From assembly GCA_016235665.1 (NCBI GenBank), contig JACRJI010000003.1, forward strand, positions 160,061 to 224,060: a stretch of 64,000 nt of DNA, in the 5' to 3' direction. This document shows positions 1 to 7,694 of the stretch, one piece after another. This stretch comes from a candidate division TA06 bacterium. GTDB taxonomy: Bacteria > Edwardsbacteria > AC1 > EtOH8. The position numbers and the translations under genes were made by a program. A model generated the notes under the pieces. The model saw only the letters and a program-made list of their open reading frames with translations. It ran no database searches and was not told the DNA's origin. Position 1 is the stretch's first letter. Every line of letters begins with the position of its first letter.

Positions 1-32
1 GATTTAGGAAGAGGTTTGAGTGACCGCCCCAC

Positions 33-131
33 GTCATTGCGAATGTGGCACCGTGCCTTACAAATGAAGCAATCTGACTTTAAGCAGGTGGATTGCTCCG
101 TTTGTCCGATGATGAGCCACCTTGCAATGAC
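33..131. repeat. Palindromic repeat, family A (GTCATTGCGA...GAAGCAATC...GATTGCT...GCAATGAC)
   Basis: Terminal inverted repeat gtcattgc(33-40)/gcaatgac(124-131) and inner gaagcaatc/gattgctcc; second copy at 15188-15289. Confidence 0.75.
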
Positions 132-146
132 TGTCGACAGTAACCC

Positions 147-185
147 AAAAAACCGGGACTTAAAGATTTAAGCCCCGGTTTTTTT
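147..185. terminator. Intrinsic terminator downstream of yjbQ
   Basis: aaaaaaccggg-acttaaa...tttaagc-cccggtttttt hairpin with A/T tails at the yjbQ stop. Confidence 0.75.
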
Positions 186-591
186 ATCGTCCCTCCACCA
201 GCTTCACCCAGACCTCCCGTTTCCTGGGCCCGTCAAACTCGCAGAAATACAGCCCCTGCCAGGTTCCCAGGGCCAAACGTTCGTCTTTTATGATCAAGGT
301 CTTCTCACAGCCCATCAGGCTGGACTTGATGTGGGCGGCCGAATTGCCCTCGGAGTGGGCGTAGTTGTCGTCCCAGGGAAACCGCCTGTCCAAAGAGGCC
401 AGAATGTCCCGGACCACGTCGGGGTCGGCGTTTTCGTTGACGGTCAGCCCGGCGGTGGTGTGGGGCACCCAGACCAGGGCCAGTCCGTCCTTGACCTTTT
501 CCCGGGCAATTATCTCCTGCACCCGGCCGGTGATGTCCAGAAACTGGGAGCGGGACCCGGTGGAAAGGATTATTTTATGCAGTTTATCCAC
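184..591 (-). CDS. yjbQ: YjbQ/UPF0047 family protein (secondary thiamine-phosphate synthase-like)
   Basis: Motifs HTTAGLTVNENADPDV, HxEGNSAAHIKSSL, LGTWQGLYFCEFDGPR. Confidence 0.92.
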   Translation of the reverse strand: MDKLHKIILSTGSRSQFLDITGRVQEIIAREKVKDGLALVWVPHTTAGLTVNENADPDVVRDILASLDRRFPWDDNYAHSEGNSAAHIKSSLMGCEKTLIIKDERLALGTWQGLYFCEFDGPRKREVWVKLVEGR

Positions 592-612
592 GTTCTAGCG
601 TTTCAGCCATAT

Positions 613-1080
613 TTAACGGGCATTTTCAAAGCTCATTATGTGCCAAGCCGCCAATGCCAAGGCTCCGCCGTTGAAGAGCATAAGGTGAAGTTCATTGCGC
701 AGCAGGATGAAGAGAACGAAGCCGAAGATCCCGGGGATGGCGGCCAGGGCCACGGCTATTATCTGCATCGGCTTGACCACCGCCGGAATGGCCGGCTCGG
801 GCAGCTGCCCCGGCAAGGGCCTGGGCCGTCCGGACAGGGAGGCGAATTTGAAGGAAAGACCCGCCACCACCAGCGAAACCAGGGTAAAAACGGCAGTTAT
901 GATCTCTTCCGGGGCGCCGCTAACAGGCCGTCCAAAAGCCCCCTGCTGATTAAGAAAGTAGGCGATGCCGGCCAAAAACAGCGGCTCCGAGGCTACGGCC
1001 CAAAGGATGATCTTTTGGACTGGGGGATTTGTGCGGTTAATATTATTGTTTTCGCGTGTTTCGCGGGCAGGTAATATCAT
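613..1080 (-). CDS. Hypothetical 4-TM membrane protein
   Basis: Four hydrophobic segments; ATGA overlap with the upstream stop; first codons (PARETRE) derive from a repeat. Confidence 0.7.
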   Translation of the reverse strand: MILPARETRENNNINRTNPPVQKIILWAVASEPLFLAGIAYFLNQQGAFGRPVSGAPEEIITAVFTLVSLVVAGLSFKFASLSGRPRPLPGQLPEPAIPAVVKPMQIIAVALAAIPGIFGFVLFILLRNELHLMLFNGGALALAAWHIMSFENAR

Positions 1081-1802
1081 TTAAATCTCCTTAACACCGG
1101 TGTTCCCAGGTCCATGTAATCTTTAAGATACCTGAAGTAACCCTCCACAGTGAACCAGCCATCCTTGCCGTAACCCTCCAGGGCCTTCTCGATATGGAAC
1201 TCCTGGGCCGGCATGTAGCTGAAGCCCAGCAGATAAAGCTTTTGTCCGGCAGAGTTCCGGCAGACATTCATCACCACCGAAACGTGGCCCACCCCGCCCC
1301 GCTCGTTCTGGACCACCATGTCGCCGGGGGCCAGGGCGGAGGTATCCACCACGGCGCAGCCTTTTTTAAGGGAATAGGAATTGCTGTTGGCAAAGGCCCG
1401 GCGCAAGAAATTCCGGTAACTCAGCCGGGAGGTGCTGTAATTCTGCCTCCTGCCGTTGTAGTCAAACAGGTAGAGCTTATCCAGCCGGTTGGTGTCCTTA
1501 TGATACTCGGCCCACAGCCGCATGGCGTAATCGGCGCACTGCTCCAGGTCTCCGGTGAACAAGAGGGGCAGGTCCAGCACAGCGTAAACGCTGTATGATC
1601 CGGCCGGGACCTTGCGTCCGGCATGGTCCGCTATCTCCAGACTGTTTTTCAGCGGCCGCCGGGTAAGCCAATAACTATAGCCTTCTGCGGGATATTCGAC
1701 CGCTTTGTAGCCGGCCGGGACGGGGATATCTTTGATCAGCTTCGGCTGCTGGGCGAATGCCAGCAAAGGCAAGGCTAAAAGGATGAATATTTTTTTCAAC
1801 AT
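1077..1802 (-). CDS. Secreted DUF4846-like protein, possible Cys/His (NlpC/P60-like) hydrolase
   Basis: Signal peptide; IPVPAGY, LEQCADYAMRLWAEY, PGD..GH.S.V, SYMPAQEFHI motifs. Confidence 0.75.
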   Translation of the reverse strand: MLKKIFILLALPLLAFAQQPKLIKDIPVPAGYKAVEYPAEGYSYWLTRRPLKNSLEIADHAGRKVPAGSYSVYAVLDLPLLFTGDLEQCADYAMRLWAEYHKDTNRLDKLYLFDYNGRRQNYSTSRLSYRNFLRRAFANSNSYSLKKGCAVVDTSALAPGDMVVQNERGGVGHVSVVMNVCRNSAGQKLYLLGFSYMPAQEFHIEKALEGYGKDGWFTVEGYFRYLKDYMDLGTPVLRRFK

Positions 1803-1845
1803 TCTGTGTTTCCGTGGTAAATCTGTTCCGGCGGGGTGAAGTCTG

Positions 1846-2109
1846 TTACTGTGTATTCTTGCCCACCGGGGCGTTCTTGGGCGGCCGTGTGATCAGGTAC
1901 ATCGGCAGGAAGAATATCAGCACCAGGAAGACCAGCATGGCCCAGAGCAATGGAGCCCAGGGCGCCCGGTAGCGCTGCCTGGCGTCGTAATACACCCAGA
2001 AGCAGACCGGCACCAGGATGGCCATGGCGATCACGGTGATCACCGGGTCCTGCTGGGCGAAGGGCGAACCCTGGGAAAGATCGAGGTTGTTGTCTAAATT
2101 AACGCGCAT
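1846..2109 (-). CDS. Small membrane protein (PLDc_N-like WVYYDA...W...P.YL..R pattern)
   Basis: Two TM helices; coding-like GC3; co-oriented with downstream genes. Confidence 0.7.
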   Translation of the reverse strand: MRVNLDNNLDLSQGSPFAQQDPVITVIAMAILVPVCFWVYYDARQRYRAPWAPLLWAMLVFLVLIFFLPMYLITRPPKNAPVGKNTQ

Positions 2110-2133
2110 ACTTTTTTCTGAAAAATATTATTT

Positions 2134-2502
2134 ACGGGATAGACAGGATTTACCTGAAATCACCATGTTCTTTTTCTTTTTTGTACCGCCAACTAAGAAA
2201 AAGAACCAAAAAGAAAAAAGCTCGTCGCTTAAAACTCTCCGGGCCACGCTTACGCTAAAGCTTCAGCGGGCCCGCGTTGCGCTTCTCGTTGCTGACGGGC
2301 TTGTCTGAACTCGGGCTTTGGCCAATCCCTCAAACATGCAGACAAGCTTTTTCCGCCATCAACTGCGATGCTCACTGATCGTTTTAACGCGACATACCGG
2401 GGTTGACACCGGTTATTCATACATAATCCCGAGCTAATTGGACAAATATCTTACAGGATTTCAACGTAGCAACATTAGTAAAAGAATCATGTTAATCCTG
2501 TC
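2134..2502. repeat. ACAGGAT-type inverted repeat arms enclosing a structured element
   Basis: acgggatagacaggatttac (2134-2153) and aatcatgttaatcctgtc (2485-2502); related ggacaggatttacatgatcgacaggat at 29482-29508. Confidence 0.55.
2167..2435. other. Highly structured non-coding element (candidate MITE or ncRNA)
   Basis: Stems 2167-2178/2195-2206 (12 bp perfect), agctcg 2219-2224/cgagct 2430-2435, gtcgcttaaaac 2224-2235/gttttaacgcgac 2381-2393, gcttgtctg 2299-2307/cagacaagc 2339-2347. Confidence 0.6.
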
Positions 2503-2514
2503 CAGGGAAAAGTA

Positions 2515-4155
2515 TTATCTTCCTCCTCCCGCGCAGGCGCAGGCGCACCCGGCGCAGGCGCAGGCACAGGCGCAGCCCCCGCCGCCGCTGGTTCTGCCGC
2601 TGCCGGAGCTTACCGGGACGGGGTTGGTCTTGTCGGTGATCTTGCCGGTGAAACTGTCCACCTTGCCCACCAGCCCGGCGGCAAAGCCCTCCATGCCGGT
2701 GGTCATCCTATTGGCAAAATCGGCGCCGGGAAGCTTGGGCATCTCAATGCTCGGCCCTTTTCCCACCGAGCCCCCGCCGCCGGTGGTCTGGCCGCCGCCG
2801 TATCCCCAGCGGCCCCACCAGCGGGGAAGGAACACATCACCCGTGCCGTACTGGCTGCGCATCCGGTCGTTGTAAGCGGGGTCCATGCTCATCCAGTCGA
2901 ACTGTTCCTCCAGCTCTTTGGTCTTAAGCTCCGGGGTCTGGGCCGCGGTGACCTGCTGCCAGGCCTGGCTGACGATGCTCTTATAATAGGCGATGGTCTC
3001 CTTGCGGGAAAAACCCTTCATCTTGGCGTTGGTCTCCTTGATGAGATCGATCATTAGGGCCTGCAGCTTGGCTTCGGGAGCAAGGCCCTGCTTGTCCAAA
3101 GACGCCAGGAATGTTTTTTCGTAGGGTTGGTCGGCCGTGGTTTCGTCCAGCACCTTGAACTTAAGCTGGGGCGAGCGGCTGGAAACCTCCAGCGCGCCTT
3201 TCTTGATCAGCCCGAACAGGATCATGGTCAGAACCTTGTCCAGAGGCATCTCCAGCAGCAGGCCGGCCTCGGGCGCGGTCAGGCCCCGCTTGATGCCCAC
3301 GCCCTCCACCGAGACCTCGGGCGGCAGGTATTTCATCTTGCGCTTCTTGTTCTGCCAGTATCCCAGGGCGATGATGGCGGGGAAGAACAGGAAGAAAATA
3401 TTTCCCAAAAGGAACCGGATCACCCACCAGATGGCTTTGAAGAACCCGCCCACTATCCGCACCAACAAAGGGGCCGGCCGGGAGACGGCCCCGGGGCTGA
3501 CGTATCTGGCCGGGAAGGAGGCCCCAAAGGTGTACTGTTCATCGGGTTCTGCTGATTCCATCACCCAGCGGTAGACCGGGGTATTGTCCACGGTATCGTA
3601 CCAGGCCTCGGTGAACTGATTTTCGTGATAGCGCGGCTCGTCCGCCTGAACGCCGGGCGGGAAGACGAAGTTGCATTCCAGGTAGGTGCTGCCGGAGACA
3701 TATTCCGAGCCGTACCAGGTGGGCGAGAACATGAAGGAGGCATAGGCCTCGTCCTGGGAATCCTGGTTCAGCATGCTGGTCAAATGCACCCAGAACTCCA
3801 GCGTCCCTGAATCGCCTGGGGCGATGGACATTTCGTCCAAATGCACCTCCACCCCGTAGGGCTTGACGTACTCCGAGACCCGGATGTCGGAAAGCACGGT
3901 CTCGCCGACCTTGGCCCGGGCCGATTCCAGCTGGTAGCTGCCGTTGGGCAGCCCTATGTCCACGATGTCTATGGCCTGGCCTTCGGGCAGACAGGTGAAG
4001 GTCAGGGCATAATACAGGTCAGCCTGTCCCGAGGGGTTTATGGTCACCCAGGAGACATTGCGGGGGAGCTCAAAGCGGTAGTCGGCCAGGGCGGTGGAGC
4101 CGACGGCCAGCAGGAGGCTTAGGGCCAGGAAGAATGGTTTATGTTTCATTTTCAA
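2515..4155 (-). CDS. DUF2207-like membrane protein with C-terminal Gly-rich linker and CACACACAGCACACAGGGR tail
   Basis: Signal peptide, beta-rich exported domain, central TM, GLTAPEAGLLL segment, Gly/Ser tail with 7 Cys. Confidence 0.8.
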   Translation of the reverse strand: MKMKHKPFFLALSLLLAVGSTALADYRFELPRNVSWVTINPSGQADLYYALTFTCLPEGQAIDIVDIGLPNGSYQLESARAKVGETVLSDIRVSEYVKPYGVEVHLDEMSIAPGDSGTLEFWVHLTSMLNQDSQDEAYASFMFSPTWYGSEYVSGSTYLECNFVFPPGVQADEPRYHENQFTEAWYDTVDNTPVYRWVMESAEPDEQYTFGASFPARYVSPGAVSRPAPLLVRIVGGFFKAIWWVIRFLLGNIFFLFFPAIIALGYWQNKKRKMKYLPPEVSVEGVGIKRGLTAPEAGLLLEMPLDKVLTMILFGLIKKGALEVSSRSPQLKFKVLDETTADQPYEKTFLASLDKQGLAPEAKLQALMIDLIKETNAKMKGFSRKETIAYYKSIVSQAWQQVTAAQTPELKTKELEEQFDWMSMDPAYNDRMRSQYGTGDVFLPRWWGRWGYGGGQTTGGGGSVGKGPSIEMPKLPGADFANRMTTGMEGFAAGLVGKVDSFTGKITDKTNPVPVSSGSGRTSGGGGCACACACAGCACACAGGGR

Positions 4156-4215
4156 ACCCTTTGTTTGGGTATGTCAAATTTCGGAAAACAGTCGAAATTT
4201 ACTTGTATTACAATC

Positions 4216-4244
4216 ATCTTAATATATGTAAAATCAATTGTCAA
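4216..4244 (-). promoter_or_regulatory. sigma70-type promoter for the 2515..4155 gene
   Basis: Minus strand TTGACA-17nt-TAAGAT. Confidence 0.55.
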
Positions 4245-4322
4245 GAAAATTTGAAACAAAAGACAGCGTCCATGCGTATTCAATCTAAACACAGCAAAAA
4301 ACCGCCAAAAGAGGGGAAAAAC

Positions 4323-5060
4323 ATGAATTTTTCATCGTTAAAAACAAGGATCGGCCAAATGCCGTATATGGTAACCATCCTGGTCTTTTTATGGACCGCT
4401 TTGGCCCGCGCGGCCGCGCCGGAGGTCCAGGTCAGGAACACCGGGGATTTCAGCAAATTGCATTTCGACGGGGCCTATACCGTGTTCGTTGAGCAGGGCC
4501 AAACCTGCTCGGTCAAGATCGAGGCCGAGCCCAAACTGCTGGCCAAGGTTACCACCGAGGTCAAGAACGGAACGTTGAGGGTGGACACCAAAGGCCGCGG
4601 CTGGTTCGGTTCCTGCCATAACGACCGGGAAGACATCAAGGTCTACATCACGGTCAAGGACTTGAAAGCCATTGACATAGACGGATCGGCCGACATCACC
4701 GGCAAGGGAAAGTTCGTCAGCGATACCATGGATCTTTCGATCTCCGGGTCCGGGGACATCATTCTGGAGCTGGAAACCAAGGTGCTGGAAACCGCCATCT
4801 CAGGAGCGGGATATGTCAAGCTTACCGGCATCGCCAAAACCTTCAGCGCCGCCATCGCCGGCTCGGGGGACATCAAGGCTTTGGAGCTGATCACGGAAAA
4901 ATGCGAGGTATCCATTGCCGGCTCGGGCGACTGCCAGGTGAACGCGTCACAGGAATTGGAGATCAGCATCGCCGGTAGCGGGGACGTGAGCTACAAGGGC
5001 AACCCGGCCAAGGTCAGCAACAGCGTCAGCGGGTCGGGCGAGGTGAAAAAGGTAGAGTGA
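4323..5060 (+). CDS. DUF2807 / head GIN domain protein
   Basis: Signal peptide, GDFSKLHFDG, repeated SGSG/AGSG beta-helix units, YKGNP near the C-terminus; start moved to ATG 4323 after a GAGGGG SD. Confidence 0.85.
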   Translation: MNFSSLKTRIGQMPYMVTILVFLWTALARAAAPEVQVRNTGDFSKLHFDGAYTVFVEQGQTCSVKIEAEPKLLAKVTTEVKNGTLRVDTKGRGWFGSCHNDREDIKVYITVKDLKAIDIDGSADITGKGKFVSDTMDLSISGSGDIILELETKVLETAISGAGYVKLTGIAKTFSAAIAGSGDIKALELITEKCEVSIAGSGDCQVNASQELEISIAGSGDVSYKGNPAKVSNSVSGSGEVKKVE

Positions 5061-5191
5061 CCTGATGATTACCAAAACAGCGATAACATGAATGATATCG
5101 CTGGTAATCAACAAGGCTCTTTCGAGCCTCCAATATCAGGCCGCTTGTGCGGCCTTGATGATATCAAGCGATAGCCTTTAGGCTATCGCTT

Positions 5192-5226
5192 AATAAAGGG
5201 CGGGTTCATCGAACCCGCCCTTTATT
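5192..5226. terminator. Bidirectional terminator-like hairpin between convergent genes
   Basis: Perfect 16-bp stem aataaagggcgggttc-atc-gaacccgccctttatt. Confidence 0.8.
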
Positions 5227-5645
5227 TATTCCCCGATTATCTTCACCAGCACCCGCTTCTTCCGCCTGCCGTCGAACTCGCCGTAGAAGATCTGCTCCCA
5301 GGGTCCGAAGTCCAGCTTTCCCTTGGTCACCGCCGCCACGATCTCCCGGCCCATCACCTGCCGCTTGAGGTGGGCGTCGCCGTTGTCCTCGCCGGTCCTA
5401 TTGTGCAGGTATTGCGATACCGGCTCGTGCGGAGCCAGTTTCTCCAGCCATTTCTCGTAGTCCTGGTGAAGGCCGCCCTCGTCATCGTTGATGAAAACGC
5501 TGGCGGTGATGTGCATGGCGTTGACCAGGCACAGGCCCTCGGTAATGCCGCTATCCTTTAAGCATTTTTCCACCTGGGGCGTGATGTTCACAAATCCCCG
5601 GCGGCCTGGCAGGTTGAACCAAAGTTCCTGGCGGTAGGATTTCAT
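5226..5645 (-). CDS. yjbQ: Second YjbQ/UPF0047 family protein
   Basis: MKSYRQELW start; [43 protein letters not shown]; the longer 5999 start overlaps rrf2 and was rejected. Confidence 0.92.
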   Translation of the reverse strand: MKSYRQELWFNLPGRRGFVNITPQVEKCLKDSGITEGLCLVNAMHITASVFINDDEGGLHQDYEKWLEKLAPHEPVSQYLHNRTGEDNGDAHLKRQVMGREIVAAVTKGKLDFGPWEQIFYGEFDGRRKKRVLVKIIGE

Positions 5646-5752
5646 GGCAAGGATCCTTAAAAAATGTTTAGCATGTTCTCCGGGGCTGAGTCCTCCAATT
5701 ATAGGGCCAGGACGGCCCAAAATACAAGGGCCAAAAATAATTAAACCGGCTA

Positions 5753-5781
5753 TTGACAAATCCGGACATTTTATGTATAAT
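5753..5781 (+). promoter_or_regulatory. Consensus sigma70 promoter of the rrf2-hcp operon
   Basis: TTGACA(5753-5758)-17nt-TATAAT(5776-5781). Confidence 0.85.
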
Positions 5782-5800
5782 AGGACTAAATTAGTCTTAT
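5780..5800. promoter_or_regulatory. Palindromic operator, predicted Rrf2 binding site
   Basis: ATAGGACTAAATTAGTCTTAT near-perfect palindrome over the predicted +1; core GACTAAATTAGTC fits the IscR type-1 core GACTRWWWYAGTC. Confidence 0.75.
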
Positions 5801-5817
5801 AATAAAAAGGTTCGAAA

Positions 5818-6207
5818 ATGCTTCTGACCAAACGCAACGAGTACGCCCTGCAGGCCATGATCCTGCTGGCTCGCCAAAAGGAAGGAGAGCCAGTGCCGGC
5901 CTCGGCCCTGGCCAAAAAATTAAAGACCACTCCGGCCTTCATGTCCAAGATAGCCCAGCAGCTTTCCGGGGCCGGTCTGGTAAGGTCCCAAAAGGGCAAG
6001 AACGGGGGGCTGTTCCTGGGCCGGCCGGCCCAAAAGATACTGGTAAAACAGATCTTTTCGGCGGTGGACGGGACGCTTTTGGTCAGCGCCTGCCTGAACG
6101 AGGGCCGCTGTAAGCACCATGTCTGCCCGATCTATCCGGCCCTGACCAAACTACAGAAAGACCTGGACAACCAGCTTAATTCGGCCAAACTGTCAATCTT
6201 TGTTTGA
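5818..6207 (+). CDS. Rrf2 family transcriptional regulator, Fe-S type (NsrR/IscR-like)
   Basis: [25 protein letters not shown] wHTH; three Cys CX5CX4C. Confidence 0.9.
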   Translation: MLLTKRNEYALQAMILLARQKEGEPVPASALAKKLKTTPAFMSKIAQQLSGAGLVRSQKGKNGGLFLGRPAQKILVKQIFSAVDGTLLVSACLNEGRCKHHVCPIYPALTKLQKDLDNQLNSAKLSIFV

Positions 6208-6254
6208 ACCCCACCCCATCCCTCCCCTCGAGGGGAGGGAAAGAGGGAGAGGTC
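6208..6254. repeat. Palindromic repeat family D (CCCTC(T/C)CC...GG(A/G)GAGGG)
   Basis: ccctcccctcgaggggaggg hairpin with acccc/gaggt flanks; five further copies in the window. Confidence 0.75.
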
Positions 6255-6264
6255 AAAGGATATC

Positions 6265-6969
6265 ATGAAACGCAAGATAGTCCAGATAGACCAGGAAAAA
6301 TGCAACGGCTGCGGAGAATGCATCCCCAACTGCGTGGAGGGCGCGCTGAAGATCGTGGACGGCAAGGCCCGGCTGGTGGGCGACAAATACTGCGACGGGT
6401 TGGGGGCCTGCCTGGGACATTGTCCCCAGGATGCCATCAGGGTGGTGGAGCGCGAGGCCGAGGCCTTCGATGAAAATATCGTAAGGGCGATTCATGAATC
6501 GCCCTTACGGGATAAAACAAATAATTCCCCGGCCTGCGCCTGTCCCGGATCGCAGATCCGGCAGAAACTTCCATCCCCGGCAACTGCAAACGTTACAACT
6601 GTAAACTCTCAACTGGCTCATTGGCCCATCCAACTGCACCTGGTGCCGGTCAACGTCCCGTTCTTCCAGGATGCCGATCTGCTTATCGCCGCCTCCTGCA
6701 CGCCTTTTTCCTACGGGGATTTTCACACCGTGATGCTGGCCGGTAAATCGCTGATAATAGCCTGCCCCAAACTGGACAAGACAGAGCCGTATCTGGAAAA
6801 GCTGACGGAGATATTCCGGCAGAACGACATCAAATCCGTTACCGTGGCCATCATGGAAGTGCCATGCTGCCAGGGTTTGCTGCGGCTGGTGCGCCAGTCG
6901 CTGAAGGACTCGGGGAAGAGAATGTCTATTACTGTAGAAACAATCACCGTAAAAGGCGAAAGGCTATGA
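6265..6969 (+). CDS. 4Fe-4S dicluster protein of the type often linked to hcp
   Basis: CNGCGECIPNC and CDGLGACLGHCP; C-terminal WPIQL, CPKLD, MEVPCC. Confidence 0.9.
   Translation: MKRKIVQIDQEKCNGCGECIPNCVEGALKIVDGKARLVGDKYCDGLGACLGHCPQDAIRVVEREAEAFDENIVRAIHESPLRDKTNNSPACACPGSQIRQKLPSPATANVTTVNSQLAHWPIQLHLVPVNVPFFQDADLLIAASCTPFSYGDFHTVMLAGKSLIIACPKLDKTEPYLEKLTEIFRQNDIKSVTVAIMEVPCCQGLLRLVRQSLKDSGKRMSITVETITVKGERL
6481..6508. repeat. GTAG-type REP-like palindrome inside the CDS (encodes VRAIHESPL)
   Basis: Perfect 28-bp palindrome GTAAGGGCGATTCATGAATCGCCCTTAC. Confidence 0.8.
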
Positions 6970-6984
6970 CCCCAACCTTAAAAA

Positions 6985-7008
6985 GTAAGGGCAATTCATG
7001 AATTGCCC
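6985..7008. repeat. GTAG-type REP-like palindrome, intergenic copy
   Basis: GTAAGGGCAATTCATGAATTGCCC; compensatory G-C to A-T change relative to the 6481 copy. Confidence 0.75.
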
Positions 7009-7027
7009 CAACCAGAAAGGAACCACC

Positions 7028-7189
7028 ATGAAAAAGTACCGCTGTACTATCTGCGATTACATCTACGATCCGGCCGCCGGTGATCCCGATTCCGGCATTG
7101 CCCCGGGGACCCCGTTCGAGAAGATCCCGGATACCTGGGTCTGCCCGATCTGCCAGGTGGACAAAAGCAACTTTGAACCTTTAGACTAA
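7028..7189 (+). CDS. Rubredoxin
   Basis: [15 protein letters not shown]...[15 protein letters not shown]; SD aagga; the ATG at 6998 lies inside the repeat. Confidence 0.95.
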   Translation: MKKYRCTICDYIYDPAAGDPDSGIAPGTPFEKIPDTWVCPICQVDKSNFEPLD

Positions 7190-7193
7190 ACAT

Positions 7194-7210
7194 GCCACAG
7201 AGACACAGAG
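7194..7210 (+). repeat. Short tandem repeat family F (CCACAGAGACACAGAG)
   Basis: gccacagagacacagag; related arms at 1802, 18137, 19580, 25944, 27533. Confidence 0.55.
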
Positions 7211-7264
7211 ATATTATTAAGGATATTTTATGCATAGTGTCTGGGTATTAAAAAGGAGTAAGCG

Positions 7265-7582
7265 ATGATAACCATAGAAACTTTGGATTTCAACACGGCG
7301 GAGAAGGCCTGCAAGGGCGTGTTCAGCCAACCGCAGGCTCTGGTCAACTATCTACATCTCAAGCAGGGCCAGGAAGTGGCCCGTCACCTGGCTAACGCCG
7401 ATATGGTCTACCTGATCGTACTGCAGGGCGAAGGGGTTTTCAACTTTGAGGAAAGGGATCATGTCATGAAACACGGCCAGCTGGCCGCGGTGACGCGGGG
7501 AACGCCGATGCACATAACAAATCGGGAGTCGGAAGACCTAAGTTTCATTGTGATAAAAACGCCCAATCCGGAGAACAAGTGA
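7265..7582 (+). CDS. Cupin domain protein
   Basis: GQEVARH, VLQGEG.F, G.PMHI.N cupin pattern; SD aaggag. Confidence 0.8.
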   Translation: MITIETLDFNTAEKACKGVFSQPQALVNYLHLKQGQEVARHLANADMVYLIVLQGEGVFNFEERDHVMKHGQLAAVTRGTPMHITNRESEDLSFIVIKTPNPENK

Positions 7583-7601
7583 CATAATTGACAAGATTTA
7601 A

Positions 7602-7641
7602 GCCCCGCCATACTTCGACACAGCTCAGTATCCGGCGGGGC
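7602..7641. repeat. Palindromic repeat family G (TTCGAC-N2/3-GCTCA loop)
   Basis: gccccgcc-atact-tcgacacagctc-agtat-cc-ggcggggc. Confidence 0.7.
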
Positions 7642-7694
7642 ATAAGCGTACGGGAATGAGAAACACAAAATGCCAAAAATAAGAAGGAGATAAA

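Noticed and set aside
331-1074. Long antisense or alternate-frame ORFs (e.g. 331..1074, 8442..9245, 10650..11426, 36118..37194, 43373..44383)
   Set aside because: Shadow ORFs of high-GC3 genes; they overlap confidently identified genes and show no motifs
2018-2308. ORF with FFFFVPPTKKKNQKEK
   Set aside because: Translation of the palindromic element, not a credible protein
2438-2875. ORF with AQAQAHPAQAQAQ repeat
   Set aside because: Antisense reading of the Cys-Ala tail
5646-5999. N-terminal extension of the second yjbQ
   Set aside because: Overlaps rrf2 and its promoter; homology starts at MKSY (5645)
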